Position numbers and translations under genes: made by a program
The notes under the pieces: model-generated
Told to the model about the DNA's origin: nothing
What the model saw: only the letters and a program-made list of their open reading frames with translations
Database searches by the model: none
Source of the DNA: Kudoa neothunni
Lineage: Eukaryota > Animalia > Cnidaria
Reading direction: 5' to 3'
NCBI GenBank assembly: GCA_964304625.1
Contig: OZ199840.1
Location: 7,881,744 to 7,945,743 of the forward strand
Length of the DNA: 64,000 nucleotides
Shown: in pieces, positions 1 through 14,300 of the stretch
Numbering within the stretch: position 1 is the stretch's first letter
How the letters are laid out: each line of letters opens with the position of its first letter

Positions 1-2495
1 GCACAAAGTTAATCTAGGAACGCGAATTGCTCCTCAAAATAAAGTAAGAACGAATAATATAACAAAATCGAAAACAAATAAAAATCTCGAAATTAGAAAG
101 TCTACAAATGCCCATTTAAATCAGCGCTTCCCCATTCATTTTAGTTTCCGGACCCTTTACAACCTACGAGGACAATTCCACACCCTTTCTCCCAAACGAG
201 ATTTAAAATGGGTTTATTTTTATATTTTTAGGTGAGGAAAATATTTTTATTAAAATAAAATTAAAAAGAGAAATCCTGCCTATTTTAAAAAGAACAAATG
301 TGAATAAAATTAATAAAACTGGTAATAAATTAAATGTGTAAATTGTTTTTCTTGTCTTTTCGGGCATTAATTTAATCAAAATGGGACTCTTTATCAGATT
401 AAGTTATGACAAATCATAATTTGTCAAGTTACAAGATATGTTAATGTTGTTGTGCAGAATAACATACGTGAATAGTTGAGCTTACGCGAAATTTTGGGTT
501 TTTTAGTTTGGTTGTTTAATTATGAATTTGAAAATTTAATGAAAAAATTAAATATGTAACTCAATCTCAAATGCATAGTTTAAATTTATAGAATTTTTTA
601 ATGCAAATTGACTTTAATTTAAAGTATAAAAATTTAACAAAAAAATCTAAATAACGTAACCTTGACATGAATTAAAATTTAATTCTTACTTGTCATATAG
701 TTTAATTAAAAATAATAAATAATATAATTTTTAATAATTCATCCATTTTAAAACCTTTTATATTTCGTTTATCTTTCCCATTAAAAAGTGAATACTTCAT
801 AATTTATTACGCTGTTCCATTTAAAATTTGAACTGAATAATTTATTTACCGGTGAAAGAGGAATAAGTTATCATTTTTATTTCATATGAAATAAATGAAT
901 ATTAAGTAGTAGATTGAGAGCACAAATTAATCCTCAGTAAAATTCATCAAATGACTATTTATTTAACAGACTTACTTCAGCTTCGACTGCGCTCATGATA
1001 TATTGTCGTGAGAGATTCTGATTATTTGGAATCGAGACATTATGTGCAAAGCATGTTTAGTCGTACAAATTTTTCGTTGATCCTAGACGTGAGTCTCGGA
1101 TCCCCAGTAACTGTCTCTGGGCCTCCAATCGTGAATCCCTGCTTTAAATAGACCAATTAAGCTTCAAATAGACATTTTGCACAAACATGCATGTTTTCCA
1201 AATAAATCAAACAGAATTAATCGTCAACTAATTATTCTCTAAAAATTATAAAAATTTTTAGAGAAAATAACTAGTTAAAAAGTATAACAAAATAAGAATC
1301 TGAAGTAATAATGGATCCCAATACATTTGGTCAGTGCTCGATTTCGTGGTGCTCCTAAGTTTAACCGATTTAAATTTTAACAGCAGGAAATTAGAGCTTC
1401 TTCAAAAATTCCGCGATTAAATAATAAAATAAGGAGTTAAAATGTAAAAATAACAATAATCAATAAACATAAAAACTGTAAAAATTAAAATAGAACATTC
1501 GTTAACAGAATAAAAAAATAATAAGATTAAGGTATAAAATATTGTCTTCAATAAGCTGTTAGTTATTTTATTATTTAAAAATCGCATAATTTAGAACTAA
1601 CATATTTTTATGATGAGATCGTATATGATCAATTCAATTAGAAATATATCAATATTATATATTATAAATTATAATATAATATTGAGAGGTTTGAGCGGAA
1701 TTTTTAAATTGATTCCAATGACTACTTGATCGATATAATAATAAAAATAATAAGATTGTTTTAATATTTAATATAAAATGTATTTTGTACAATAATAAAA
1801 GCGCATCATACGAGTCTTTAAATAAATAATTAATTAGTAACAAACTTCATGTTTATCTATTTACAAATTTAAACTCCCAATCTTTTAATTCTTATATTAA
1901 AAACTCCCTTTATACCTATCAAAATGATATTGAAATGTATGCAATAACAACTTATTTTTCATTTTTAAATCCCAAGAACTCTGAGCGAAAAACTAATATG
2001 ATACGGTTTCTCTGTATACTGCGAAGTAAATCGGGTAATCGAAATTAAATCTCAAAAAAAAAATAATTCACAATGTCCAGGTTTTAATTCTTTAAAATAC
2101 TTTTGAAGATCTCTTTGACTTAAACAAAAATATATTTATAATATAATAATGGCTATTAAAAGACGAAATAATTGACTGTAGTTAGTATAAAAGTTTTTCG
2201 ACTCACTTCGAAATACTAGACTAGCATCAAACTGTCCTTAGATAATAATATTTTTATATTAAAATTTATAGATATGACATCAAATTGCATGTATGAAATC
2301 TATCATTGTTTAGAACTTAATTCTGTGTCAACAAATATTGAAAAAATCCTCAATCCATTAATTTCTAAAGTTACCTATTCTAAAAGTTTAAATCTCATTA
2401 ATTTTTATTAAAATTCTTTATTAAAGATTCGTTATTTATGCGACAAAATACAATCAATGTAATTAAAAAGACAACAAAAATAAATTTTGAATTAT

Positions 2496-3286
2496 TTAGC
2501 TATTCTTAAAATAACTATCATTCACGAGGTCAAATTCATCCAAAACCTCAGTTGCCGATAAACTTTTGGATATACCGAAACGCAGTTGCAATGTGGTCTC
2601 ATTATCAATCTTCAAATCGACAAATGTTTCGTGGGGTGTAAAATAGATTTTGTACATAGGATTAGGGTACGAAAAAATGGAATTAAGAGCCGCCAATTTC
2701 ATCAAATGTTTCACTAATTTATCTACATGAGGTTGGAATTCCTAAAAAAACTCATTCCCAATCTACATCTATATCACTTGGGGAGTATTCCCGCGAAACC
2801 TACCTTGTACAATTGATATCGTTCGATAAAAAACTGTTTTGGCTGATCTGAATTGGTGTGATTCGCCAGTTTTAACATCTCGCCAACCAATTCGCCTTGT
2901 TTCTCTATTACTTGTTTTCTTAAAAACAACTGTAATAGTTCCGAGGCTTTTTCTTTGGTAACGTGGAGTATATCTGTCGATTCATTGTTATCTAATGTTT
3001 TACCATCAGCCACATTAATACCGACATCAGTATTATCAGTATTAATATTATTATTGTAATAAAATTTAGTATTTTGACGTCCACTTTTTAGCGGCTTAAA
3101 TGATGTGGGGATCTAATTTAGAATAAAGTCGTTGCCACCAACTTCACAATTTACCAGTCCATCAAACGCATTCAAGTCTAATAGGTGTGAATTATTTGTT
3201 AAAATTTGCGATTGAAATTTTTGAAACCCATTGTTTAGACGACGGGTTTTTAAAGAAGTTCGCGACAAAGGTGCGTATATCTTCAT
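2496..3286 (-). CDS. Orphan 3-exon gene, about 228 aa, function unknown; head-to-head with PSMA2
   Basis: Three minus-strand ORF pieces join in frame through GT-AG introns at 3154-3113 (42 nt) and 2803-2742 (62 nt). Exons are 3286-3155, 3112-2804 and 2741-2496. Protein MKIYAPLSRTSLKTRRL...DSYFKNS*. In-frame ATGs at 3301 and 3313 are alternative starts. Confidence 0.65.
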
Positions 3287-3573
3287 TATGCGTACGCACA
3301 TAACGAAACACATATTTCCACAGTTAAACTCCAAGCAGTTACACAATTAATTATTGTCAATAAAAAACAAAATAACTAATATATTTTCAAGTTAATTAAT
3401 CTAATTGAGTTGTTGTTTAAGCGCCTGAATAAAATAATCTAAATACAAACTAAAACTTTATTTCTAACAATAGTCTATAAAATATTAATTTTTTACGTGA
3501 TTACAACAACGTTAAACATCATTACTATTTTTTTGGATCCTCGTGCGCGCACACACGCACACACACAACCACA

Positions 3574-4636
3574 ATGGGGTCCAGATATCAGTACAGTTTG
3601 ACAGTGTTCAGGTTGCCATTAAAATATCAGTTCATCCACAATAAGTCCAAATGAATTTAGTTCATCTGGAAAGTTGGTTCAAATAGAATATGCTCTTCAA
3701 GCAGTATCGTCTGGTCGTCCCACTTTAGGAATAATAGGTTGGCATTTTTGTTACTTATCACAACTGTTTAACTCAGTTCTAACCTACTCTTATGATGAAT
3801 TAAGCAAATAATGGTGTTATTCTTGTGTCGGAGAAAAAGTTGCCTTCCATTCTTTATGACGAAAGCAGCGTGTCCAAGGTGAGTTGTTATGTCATTTGTA
3901 GTGAAGGATCTGATTTCTAATATTGTAATAGATTGAGAAAGTGTGCCCTCACATTGGAATGTCGTACAGTGGAATGAGTGCTGATTTTAGGTGGCATTTT
4001 TATTCTTAAATTCATCCAGAAATGATGCGTATTGTAATAATTTGGTGGTGTAGATTGTTGGTGGTACATGCGAGGAAAATTTCGGTCGAATACAAACTGA
4101 AATATGGCGAATATCCTACTCCAGTGTATATGGCACAGGAGATCGCCAAGGTTATGCAAGAATACACTCAGCAGAATGGAGTGCGCCCTTTTGGTGTGTC
4201 GATTCTTCTCAGTGGGTTCTACGCTGGAAAACCCTACCTGTTCCAATGTGACCCTAGTGTATTATATTTTCGGAGTTTTGGTTCTATTTGGTTGAACTGA
4301 CAATTTGAACTCAAATTAATAGGGTGCATATTTCCAATGGAAAGCCACTGCTCTCGGAAAAAATAGCACCAACCACAAAAATTTTTTGAAAAGAAGATCC
4401 GCCACAACCATTGCCGATATTGAAGATGCTGTACATATGGCAATTACTACGCTGAAAGTCTGATTTTTATAAAACTATATGGGAGTTCGAGCATTTTTTA
4501 ATTTCTATTATGTTAGGAATACAGCGAAGGAGTAATCAAAGAAGACAATATCCAGATATCTGTGTGTGATGCTGATGGATATAGGGGTCTTTCCAAGGCT
4601 AGAATCAAAGATTATCTTGATGCTGCTTCTATATAA
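3574..4636 (+). CDS. PSMA2: 20S proteasome subunit alpha type-2, 7 exons
   Basis: Spliced translation MGSRYQYSLTVFSSSGKLVQIEYAL...YTQQNGVRPFGVSIL...[21 protein letters not shown]...IEDAVHMAITTLKE...YLDAASI*. It carries the alpha-subunit N-terminal signature and alpha-2-type motifs, has six GT-AG introns, and shows no frameshift. Confidence 0.96.
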
Positions 4637-5427
4637 AACTCTTATTCTTGATTGTTAGTGCGTTGATCGTTTATTTGAATTTTTTTATTATTGCGTGACG
4701 TTAAAGTATTGTTGTATTGGGTGCTTAAAACTTTATGCGTTTAGTCGAATTTCTGAATGAATAGTTTATCTTTTTAATCTATGCGATATGAATTCAAAAT
4801 AAATTGTATTGGCCGAATTATTTTTTATTGCTAGCGAAAAAGTATACGGTAATCTGATCGCTGATTTATTTTTGCGTCTGACCTTTTTGCATTTTTAGTT
4901 TTTTTTTCGTAGCCACTCTCAAACGTTTCATTCTAGCCAAAAAGTTATTAACAATGCGTTAGTATATTAAAAATTGAGAGGGATTTCAAATAATTTATTT
5001 TTAATCAACTAAATAATTAAAAAATAATTTAAAAATACAATTTATTGTAGTTGGCAATTTAATATTTTATAAAATAGATGTAATGATTCATTTATTCTAT
5101 AAAGGATTATTTTTTAAATTTACCCCTTCGGCCTAGTGAAAAACCTAAATTTGTCTCCCTAACTTGGAAGCCAAATTCATATTTAGTTTAAGGTTTTATA
5201 CCGGTTTAGCTCTAGCAGAGACTAAATTCTAATCCTAAAACGCATGTACGCTTGTGGAATGGCAATTTTTTATCCCACCAACTCTTACTCATAAGCTATA
5301 AATTAAGTTATTTGTTGGGATTTTGTTGAATTATTTCTTGTCCACTCCTTCGTTCTTAGGCCACAAATAATTAAAACTACAAACTAATGACGTTTGAATA
5401 TTATTTATCACAAAAATAGCCATTTAA

Positions 5428-6619
5428 CCCTCCAATGAATTATAAATTAACAATTTGTGGTAAATTTTCAACCCATCAAGATGTTAATGGTTGTAAATGT
5501 GATTTGTTTTCTCTGTGTAGGGTACCAGTTTTTTTTCTAATCATCTAAATGTTACTAATATATGATGCTGAAATATTATGACTAAAAATATAAAATCAGA
5601 AAAATTATATCAAGTTTACACTCCAATGAATTTTTGAGGTAAACAATGACACCAGATTTTTTATTCATCAATTGATAGATAAAATAATTATTATTTCATA
5701 AATCTAATTTTTGGTTTATCTGACCGCTAAATTTGAAGTTATATGGTTATTACCTAAATTGTTGATCACGTGGCTTCTGTTTTTATTTTTAATATTGCGA
5801 TAATTGAGGTGGACTTCACCGATAATAATTAGAATAATAAATGAAATTCATTTAGAGTGATTATGAATACTTCGCAACTGATATGTCGGAAGAATCTGAC
5901 GAGATTGAATATTTCGAGAATTCGGGTCAATCCATGATCTCATAATCAGTAATCAGTAATGATGGCCTATGGTGGTGTTTCTCCATTTAATGGATTTATT
6001 ATTTATAAATGCGTGCTCCATTTACAAAAAAAACTTGTGAGATGATATGGTTATGAGAATTTTTTTAAAATGTAGCCAATTTATTATATCTCTCCATTAA
6101 TAGAAAGAAACATACCTGAAGCCCAAAATCCTAAGAGTTACACCTTATCTGCTCTGTTATAACTCAGAACATCAAGTAAATGAACAATATTTTCAAGGTT
6201 TGAATGTTTTTACGGAAAATTAATAAGAAACCCCTTCTATTGCTTGTTTCAAATGTACGAAACTGTCGCAAAATTCATTCTGAGAGTTTGCGAATCTTAT
6301 TCTCATTAAATATTGTATTTCGTCGCGCGAATAATAATTAAAAGTTTTATTACATGATATAAATGTGAAATCTACTCAAACATCAAGTTTTAATCAAAAA
6401 TTATCATTGCTGATTTTGAAGAATACAGTTTTCGTAGGATTATGAGAATTACTACTCGGATATTAGTTGTTTTGCAGTTAAATCTAGCCATGGAATTGTG
6501 CTTGTTTTTATTTTCTGAAATCAAGCATTTTTTATGGTTCGAATGGAGAAATAAAAAACTGGGGCAATTTTTTACCCCAAAATTCATCGGAGTACAATAG
6601 ATTTCAGTATATTAGAGGG
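5428..6619. mobile_element. Degenerate, internally deleted piggyBac-like element
   Basis: TTAA|CCCTCCAAT at the left end and ATTAGAGGG|TTAG at the right end form an inverted terminus. Subterminal GGGGC-AATTTTT-ACCCC palindrome near 6560-6580. No intact ORF. Confidence 0.5.
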
Positions 6620-6624
6620 TTAGA

Positions 6625-6870
6625 ATATTTATTATTATTATTATTTAGGCTACACCATTTAAAGGTAGACGAGCCATAAACGAAGGAGACTGATAATAGT
6701 CATAAAAAACTGTTAAATACTAATTTTTACAAACATTAAACATTTCTGCCTAATTCTTATTGAGTTTCAAATCCCTGAATAATATAATTCTTTAGAAAAC
6801 CTGAAGTTCGTCATAAACCCACGATGAGAAAATTACGCATATCAAATTGGGATGTTTCTTAAATTACCTC
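6625..6870 (-). mobile_element. Possible 3' fragment of a CR1/L2-type LINE
   Basis: Minus strand ends in GGCTC...AGCC followed by a (TAA)n tail, with weak FSHR-type resemblance to a reverse-transcriptase C-terminus upstream. Weak evidence. Confidence 0.25.
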
Positions 6871-8907
6871 CTGCCATTTAAACTTTACCGCCGGTTAAGA
6901 ACCCCTGCCTTAGACAAATGTTTTCCAACGTGGGCCCACACTGGGAAAACAGATGGGGTGTGACGTAATTTTGGTGGGGAATGGAAATTTTTGAATGTTT
7001 AATAAACCACTCAGGTCTGGTGGGATGGGGAAAATCCTGAGTATTGGCATTGGTATGACATGAATAAAGATGAGGTAATTGTGCAGTATGACGTACTTTG
7101 ACGTCAATATCGCGATTTTTGATATCGCTCATTTATAAATGACGTTTAATATAATAAAAAATACAAAAGCCAATGAATAATTATATAAACGCTAATAATA
7201 ATACTTAACGTGTCCTTCACCAGGATAGAATCAGAATAGTTTGAATCTCAATCTTGCCTCATTTAGAACCATAATCTTTTTTTGATTATATCTAATATAA
7301 TATTGATTAATTTTGTATTTATATTATCTATTTTCGATTCATTAGCCTCCTATACAAGAAAGTCTTTCATTATGAAGGTTGGATTTACACGAGTATCATT
7401 TGATGCGGGTTTTTGGCGGAATAAAAAAATAAAGATGTTAATTTTTAAGTTCCATCGATAAATTAAGTTGAATCTGATCAAAAACATTTTAATTTTAACG
7501 ATAAAAGAAATATATATTAATTGCCTTCAAATTTTAAAGAGATGGGGGTTTTATTCCAAATTATCAACAGTTTAAGTAAAAAAATCAATAACTTTGAATG
7601 AGGTGGGGTAAAGGACATTTTTCAATAGAAGAAAAGGCGCGTTCAAAAAAAGAATAGGAAACACTGCACTAGACTGTGTCTACTTTCCTGATACTCCAGC
7701 AATAAGCATATTATTTCAAGGCGAAAACCCTACTACCGTATATTTCTTAGTAGTGTTAATTCATGAATCGTTTACCATGTATATTTTAGAAATAACATAT
7801 ATATAACACATTAATTTATATTTAATATTGTATAAATAGATAATTTAACATCTTTTTTCGAAATTGATGGAATTTTTCCCATCGATATCAAATAATAATA
7901 ATAATAATAATATATCAATGAAACAGTTCTAAACAATTATTTGTTCATTTAAGGTCCAGGTTCAATCGGTTTCTAGAAATATAAATTAGTGGCCTTTATA
8001 AATAATAGACTTGTAGAAGATTACTCCGCGATTTTTACTGTTTATTATTGTTGAGATATATGGGCGAGACAAGCATGTAATGGCTATCACGAGAATCATT
8101 ATGATGATTAATTTTCTAATAAAGTAATATTAGTTACCATAATAAACAATAACGAAGACCAACATTAGTTTTCAACAAATATTATCATATTTTGTATATT
8201 ATTAAAAATTATTATGCTGAATTATTTTAATTTTTTAATAAATAAATATCCCAATAATTTATTACATCTAATACATTCAGAAAACGATAAATTTTAGTTG
8301 AAAAATATAACTAGAATATTTCAGATTAACATAATGTGATTGGATTAACTTTCGTGAACATCGAATTACATTATCGGTAAAAAAATTTTCTTTCGAAAGA
8401 AATGAGATATTTTTAAATATAAATAGAAAAATATATTCGGTTAATTTATTAAATGGTTATTTCTTGCAAAATATAGACATAACACGTTCTAAGAAGGATT
8501 CAAATTTTGCTTATATAAAATAATGTTACTTTATCGGGAGAATAAAATATTATTGATTTTTTAGAAAAGTATAAAATATTTCGGTTAATGAAACAAGAAT
8601 TCTTTGAATGCAGGGAAAACGACACTTTTGAGTTGTAGTTGTAGGACACACCCTACTCAGGGCAGGAAAGGTTAAATAAACTACATTTTTCTCTATATTT
8701 TGTTTGCATACTTCTTAAATATTCCTCAATACAAAATACTATAATATTATGTAAAACAAAAATTAATAATTTAGAATTTCTTGGGAGAATATTATTGGAC
8801 GGCGGTAAGTTGTATTTGCCTGGTCGCTAATGAGTTAATGAGTATCTGGAGAGATATTCTACTTTTAGTAATTTTACTCTGGAAACTTCATTTTGAGGTG
8901 ATCAATA

Positions 8908-9199
8908 ATGTCTACTTGGGATAAAGTAACTTACTTTCAAGATTAACTATTGGCTACATTTGAATAGATTGGGGACCTCATAGGAGTTAGGGGCGGTGAC
9001 AAGGAAAAGAAAAAAAAGGAATTAATTTCTGGTCTCTCTATAGGTATTCTTGTATTGGTTGGGCTGGTGATTGGTGCTATCATATGTCTATACTACCGTC
9101 ATGGACAAGAGAAATCTCATAAGGTTACAAATTTAAAGTTCCAGAGTTTAACTGTTTATGTAGTCACCTAATAAAAACGTTTCTCCTGTGATAATGTAA
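8908..9199 (+). CDS. Single-pass membrane microprotein, paralog 1 (69 aa, 3 exons)
   Basis: Exons 8908-8925, 8968-9123 and 9164-9199 with phase-0 GT-AG introns of 42 and 40 nt. Protein MSTWDK|IGDLIGVRGGDKEKKKKELISGLSIGILVLVGLVIGAIICLYYRHGQEKSHK|SPNKNVSPVIM*. In-frame stop just upstream of the ATG. Clearly paralogous to 14797-15104. Confidence 0.75.
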
Positions 9200-10519
9200 A
9201 GTTTCATTATCGTTGAATATATTCAAAATCAAATTTTAAATGATCTTATTTTGATGAATTCTGTCAAAAATTATAAAACGTAAGTCAAAAACTTGGAATT
9301 TCACAATTTCATTTTTCCGATTTCCCTAACGGTTATACAATTTTAGGGCATTATAATCTTGAATCCACAATAATATATGGATCTAAAAAATTGACGAAAC
9401 TTTCTAGTTTATATTGAACAATTGATATTATTTATGTAGTATTTAATTTTATAATTTTGTACATAATTCGCGCATTCTGTTATACTCAGGTCAGTTTAGT
9501 GAAAAATATGAATTATAATTTATAAATTTATTTAAATTTTGTTATTAAACTAATTGTGTATGTATGGATGGGAAATAATTCGTAATAATAAGTACTTGGC
9601 TATTGAGACACCTTGATTACCACTAAAAAATTTACGTAGTCTGAGTTATAATTGACTTTTTTGTAATTAAAGCTTTTAAAAAATATATTAACCATGAATA
9701 TTTTGAATTTTACTATGAAATAATTTTTTAATTAACAATTAATCGCTTAAGTGGTCGATATTATGCATTTTGAAAAAATCGTTCATTATATTTCTATTGA
9801 ATGCGCAGAATAATTCATAAAACAATAATTATATTAAGAAATAAGATTAAGTGTAATATTACGACTTTATTCACTGTATAAATCTAAAAAAAGTTTACAA
9901 CAATGTTCTAAGAAATCTTGATTACGACAATCGTGTTTAAAAATACACTATACACTTCGTGCTTTTTGAGATCTATTAGACCCCGGGTTTTTATTGTCTC
10001 ATTAAAAGCGATAGTTTTTTTAAAGCTCGTATGTAAATTTGGAAAAAATTCTGTCGAATAATTTAGACACTATTGTAAAAATATTAAACGGTGACAATGT
10101 ACGAGGGGGGGATTAACGCATCACGATAGATTTAATTTCTTCTTGGGGTTATTTCGCCCCAATCTCGCGTGATAATAATCGTTTCTCATTCACAAAATAA
10201 ATTGATTTCAGGGGGATTTGATCATTTAATTAATATTTTAACATTTATAAACCCGAATGATTTAGTAGAAAACATATCAAATATTCAAATAAGTATCCTT
10301 AGTTACATACGCATATATATTTTTACAGCTTTCCGTTAAATAAACATCATATTATTAATCATAAGAATTAAAATAGTCATCCTAAATTAATGAAGTCGAC
10401 ATAATTAATAAATGGTTCAAGCGAATTCGAATGGCCCAACGCGTAACTTAAATTTTAATTGAGAGAAATCTCAAATTACTTGAGGTGAAATGATAGAAAA
10501 CCATCATCAAAGAATATTA

Positions 10520-12427
10520 ATTTCTATTATCTGCTGAGCAATCAACACAGACAAACTGAGAGTATTTCTCACAACAAAATCTTAAACAAATAATGCACGA
10601 ATTCTTAGTTTTTCGGTCATTGTTCCTTGAACATAGTGCACATCTTTTTCGGCAATTTGGCAGAGGAATAGGATAATTTTTTGGTAATAGTTAAGTTTTA
10701 ACCAGCATATCTTTTTCTAGCACAAATGGTTTGACAAATTCGTCCGCAAGTTTATCCACAAACTGTTCTCTCCTAATTTTGTTGTCATTAAATACGGCTT
10801 TGTAAAGAAAAAATGAATGTATTAGGCTGATATCTAAAATATTAAAAAAACAACGGTTGGCCAGCGTTTTGAGTATCTTCTGACACTAGTCGAAGCGAGA
10901 ACTCGGTCGATAATATCAACACCACCTTTATTTTTATTGTAATATGTAATATGTAATGACTTCAGGTTTTTTGCATTCATCAGAAGTCACATTTGTATCT
11001 ACTGAGGTAACCAAAAGTAAACTGACTTTTTTTGGGACGTAAGACAACATTTTTACTCGCGGAAAAGAAAAAGTGAACTACAAAGTTCTCTCGATTTATT
11101 TGCCTTCAATACTTCGGGGATGTCTCTTTTGTTTGGCCTGATCGTTCCGACCACAGTCATACCGAGGTTTAATAGTTTATTGGCGAGGGGTACTGATGTG
11201 AAATAATTATCAGCGACAATATTTCTATCACCATCTTTTAAATACGACACGAGGTCCAACAATATGTTTTCACCTAAACATTTTGCTCCTTTATTATTTT
11301 GTTTTCCAAGATAAATTGAGATATTGTGACAAAAGTTCATTGATGGGTCAACAAGCAAGAAAAATTTGATTCCACAAACAACCGGTTCAGAACGCATGTA
11401 ATGCTTTAAAGGGTATTTTTCCCTGAAAGCAACCAGTTGTTTATCAACGGTTAAATTGGAATAATTTCTTAATATTTTCAAATATTTCCTGTATTTGACA
11501 AAGTTCATCGGTTGGTTTTCTTTCGGCTCTGGTTGTATAATCGTTGAAATGGAGTGCTCTTATAATTTCAATAAATCTTCTCAAAGGCATGATACTTCTA
11601 AATATTTCCCTACCTTTATCCTTACTCCAAAGTGTTTTTAAAGACTCTAATTTTGATTTGAATATTGCCATATATATATATATATATATATATGAGCACA
11701 TCTATGTAGGCGCGGAATTCCACATTTGATAACTGTTTCCAAGATCGACTGTAGTGATATAAGCCAAAATTATTTGTATTCAGTAAAATGGTATCATAAA
11801 TGCCATCACCAACAAATATATCTAAGCAATCAGAAAATCCTTTTATTATATGTGTTTAATAATTAGTAACACCCGAGGCTTTGTTTAAAATATTTTCTTT
11901 GCACACTTTCGATGTTTTCGGGATTTCAATATTCCATATTACACCATTTTTTTCGGAGTATACATCAAGGGATTCAATATCATTATCATCAGATTCGAAA
12001 GAATTGGGCACGTTATCGCTACACTGTTCCATGTCAACGGATTTGCTGCAGTAACTTTCACAACTATCAGAATATACATCGTCAGATGCACTCATTTCTA
12101 CAGTCGTATGTCTCGGTATTCCTCGCAGATCATCGTCGTCATTTATTTCGTTATTTTCTCTTAATTTCTTCGTTAGAATCTGTTTTAATTTGAATATGAT
12201 TCATATGATAATTTTCACAGTTGTTTGCGCCAATAAAAACGTGGGGTCTAAAATACCCCAAAAGGCACAAAGTGTATAGAGTTTATTTATTTCCCTTGTA
12301 ACTTTAATATCTTTATAAAATAAATGATTATAATATTCATGTGTTCCTTGTAGGAGTATATACCGGATATAAACCTAATCTGATTCCAATAAGTATATAA
12401 AATTAGTAACACAAAATGCTCGGAAGG
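10520..12427 (-). mobile_element. piggyBac transposon relic (frameshifted transposase pseudogene)
   Basis: Fragments TVDKQLVAFR, GIKFFLLVD, VADNYFTS, GTIRPNKRDIP, KGGVD and RRYSKRWP. C-terminal Cys-rich domain CALC..CIIC..CVDC, acidic N-terminus, terminus GG|TTAA at 12426-12431, and GGGGTC..ACCCC palindrome near 12243. A (TA)n run interrupts the ORF near 11670. Confidence 0.9.
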
Positions 12428-13538
12428 TTAAAAGTGTTAGTATACATTATAAAATATAAATTGTTCCGACTATCATATAAATTATGTGTTATTCTCAGTA
12501 TTATAATAATTCGACGATGCCATAGAACAGTTTACACTCGGAACTTTACGCAATAACAATATCCTTTTTATAAAAGGGTTAATATAGTAATACAAAATTA
12601 TTACATCAGTTAAAATTAAACGCATATTTTATTTGTTCATTAGATAAAACATTTTACGCAATTAATTAGATATAAGAATTACTAAGTAGTCAGTTAAAGC
12701 TCACGAACGTTGAAGGCATCATGGTTAAAATATAGAATGGTGGCCGTAACCTAAATAAGCGATAACGAAAAAATTCGACAGTGCTGATTACGTTATTTTT
12801 GTAGCTTCTTAGTATTTGATGCAACATGACCCCGTATTTTATATTCTATTTGTTATATATGTTAGTTGCTGTAATCTATTTTATGTCTCGTAGCCCCTCA
12901 CAATCATCTTTACAGGCCATAACACTCAATCGCGTAAAACACCCATTACGTGTTCTAAAAGTTAAGTGTTACTGGTGATTTGGATGCGTTATCACAATTT
13001 CTTATCAACGATTGCCTATTATGAATTCCAGGAATCTATAAAAATAGTAACTGCATAATTTATAAACCATTAGGTGTTCAAATATAGAAAAAGTTTAAAG
13101 TTACAACAACAAAAATTATGGGTTAAAACACAGATATTCCTACCAGAAATTGTTTACATACATGTTACACAATTCTAATTTATAATTTTGGGATTAATGA
13201 TCTAACTATAATTTTTAGTCGTTAAATACGGCCGGTATTCTGCAATTTTCACGTTTTATTTACTCACAACACACTTTGGTGTGACCATATAATTCATTTT
13301 ATATCTATATACGAACAAGTAAGAATAATCCCTCCTACGACACAGAAATAATATAAAATTAATAACCTGGATACTATTAGAACAAAAATTAAATTTTAAC
13401 ACTTTATATTAATAAAGTAACTTAAGTGTGTTTGGAACTATTTCACTTTTAAATGATTTTTACCGGAATTTATGTAGCTGATATAAATAAGATCAATGTA
13501 GAATATTAATTATAAGGAAGCAAATACTAATCTTGTTG

Positions 13539-14300
13539 CTATCGGTAGAATAAGGCAGTTTCATCTACATTGTAAATAAGATTTTCAGAGTATATTTTAA
13601 AAAAATGTTCTGATTCTATTGATCTACTATGAAATAGTTTCAGGTGTAGCTTTAGCAGACTAGCTAATAAAATTTTGTTTTTTAATGTTGGACCTTTTTT
13701 TAAAACAACGAAACCCTCCACGAATTGCACATGAAGGTAAACCTTTTTCATTGACTAATTGATTTCTCTTGATGATTATCATGACGACTCCTACTACAAT
13801 TTTTCTGCATCGTGTCCGCCCAATCCACTCATATATATCTTCATCAACAGAATTAAATTATCCCGCATGCAGATAATTTCTATTTTTAGATTCTACAAAT
13901 ATTCATAGGTTTTGATTATTTTATTTTTCATCTCTAGAATGCCATTAGGAGTTGAGATAATAGATATTTTAAAATGTGATACAGTGGCAGTTTTTGGGTC
14001 ATTAGATTGAACACTTTCATAATAATTAGTAATATTGTACTCTTCGACAGTATATATAGCTTAGGAGTTTTTTGCATTGAATATTGACTTCACTAAATAA
14101 TAAACATGAAATAATCGAAAAAAATACGTGAAATTTGACAGTCACGTGACTGTTGGTTACTTTATTTAGCGACTTTTAAAATAATTTTTATAAAAATTTT
14201 GATTGGAATATTATAAGAAACATATTATACAAACAGTGACCAATCAATATTCTAACTAAATGGGTTTTTAAAAAGTGCGTGAAATTGGTTACTTACTGTA
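13539..14300 (-). mobile_element. pogo/Tigger transposase relic
   Basis: IYNVDETALFYR matches the first catalytic Asp motif of pogo/Tigger DDE transposases, preceded by a GPTLK CENP-B-type HTH remnant. A TA|CAGT terminus lies near 14300. Confidence 0.65.

Noticed and set aside
1655-1843. Short hydrophobic AT-rich ORFs (also 17341-17553, 31581-31763, 36364-36579, 45339-45563)
   Set aside because: Their F/L/I/K/N/Y-biased composition is expected by chance in very AT-rich DNA, and they have no paralog or splice support.
3113-3115. Stop-codon readthrough or alternative genetic code at an in-frame TAG
   Set aside because: The TAG is the acceptor of a 42-nt GT-AG intron, and other genes here end normally in TAA or TGA.
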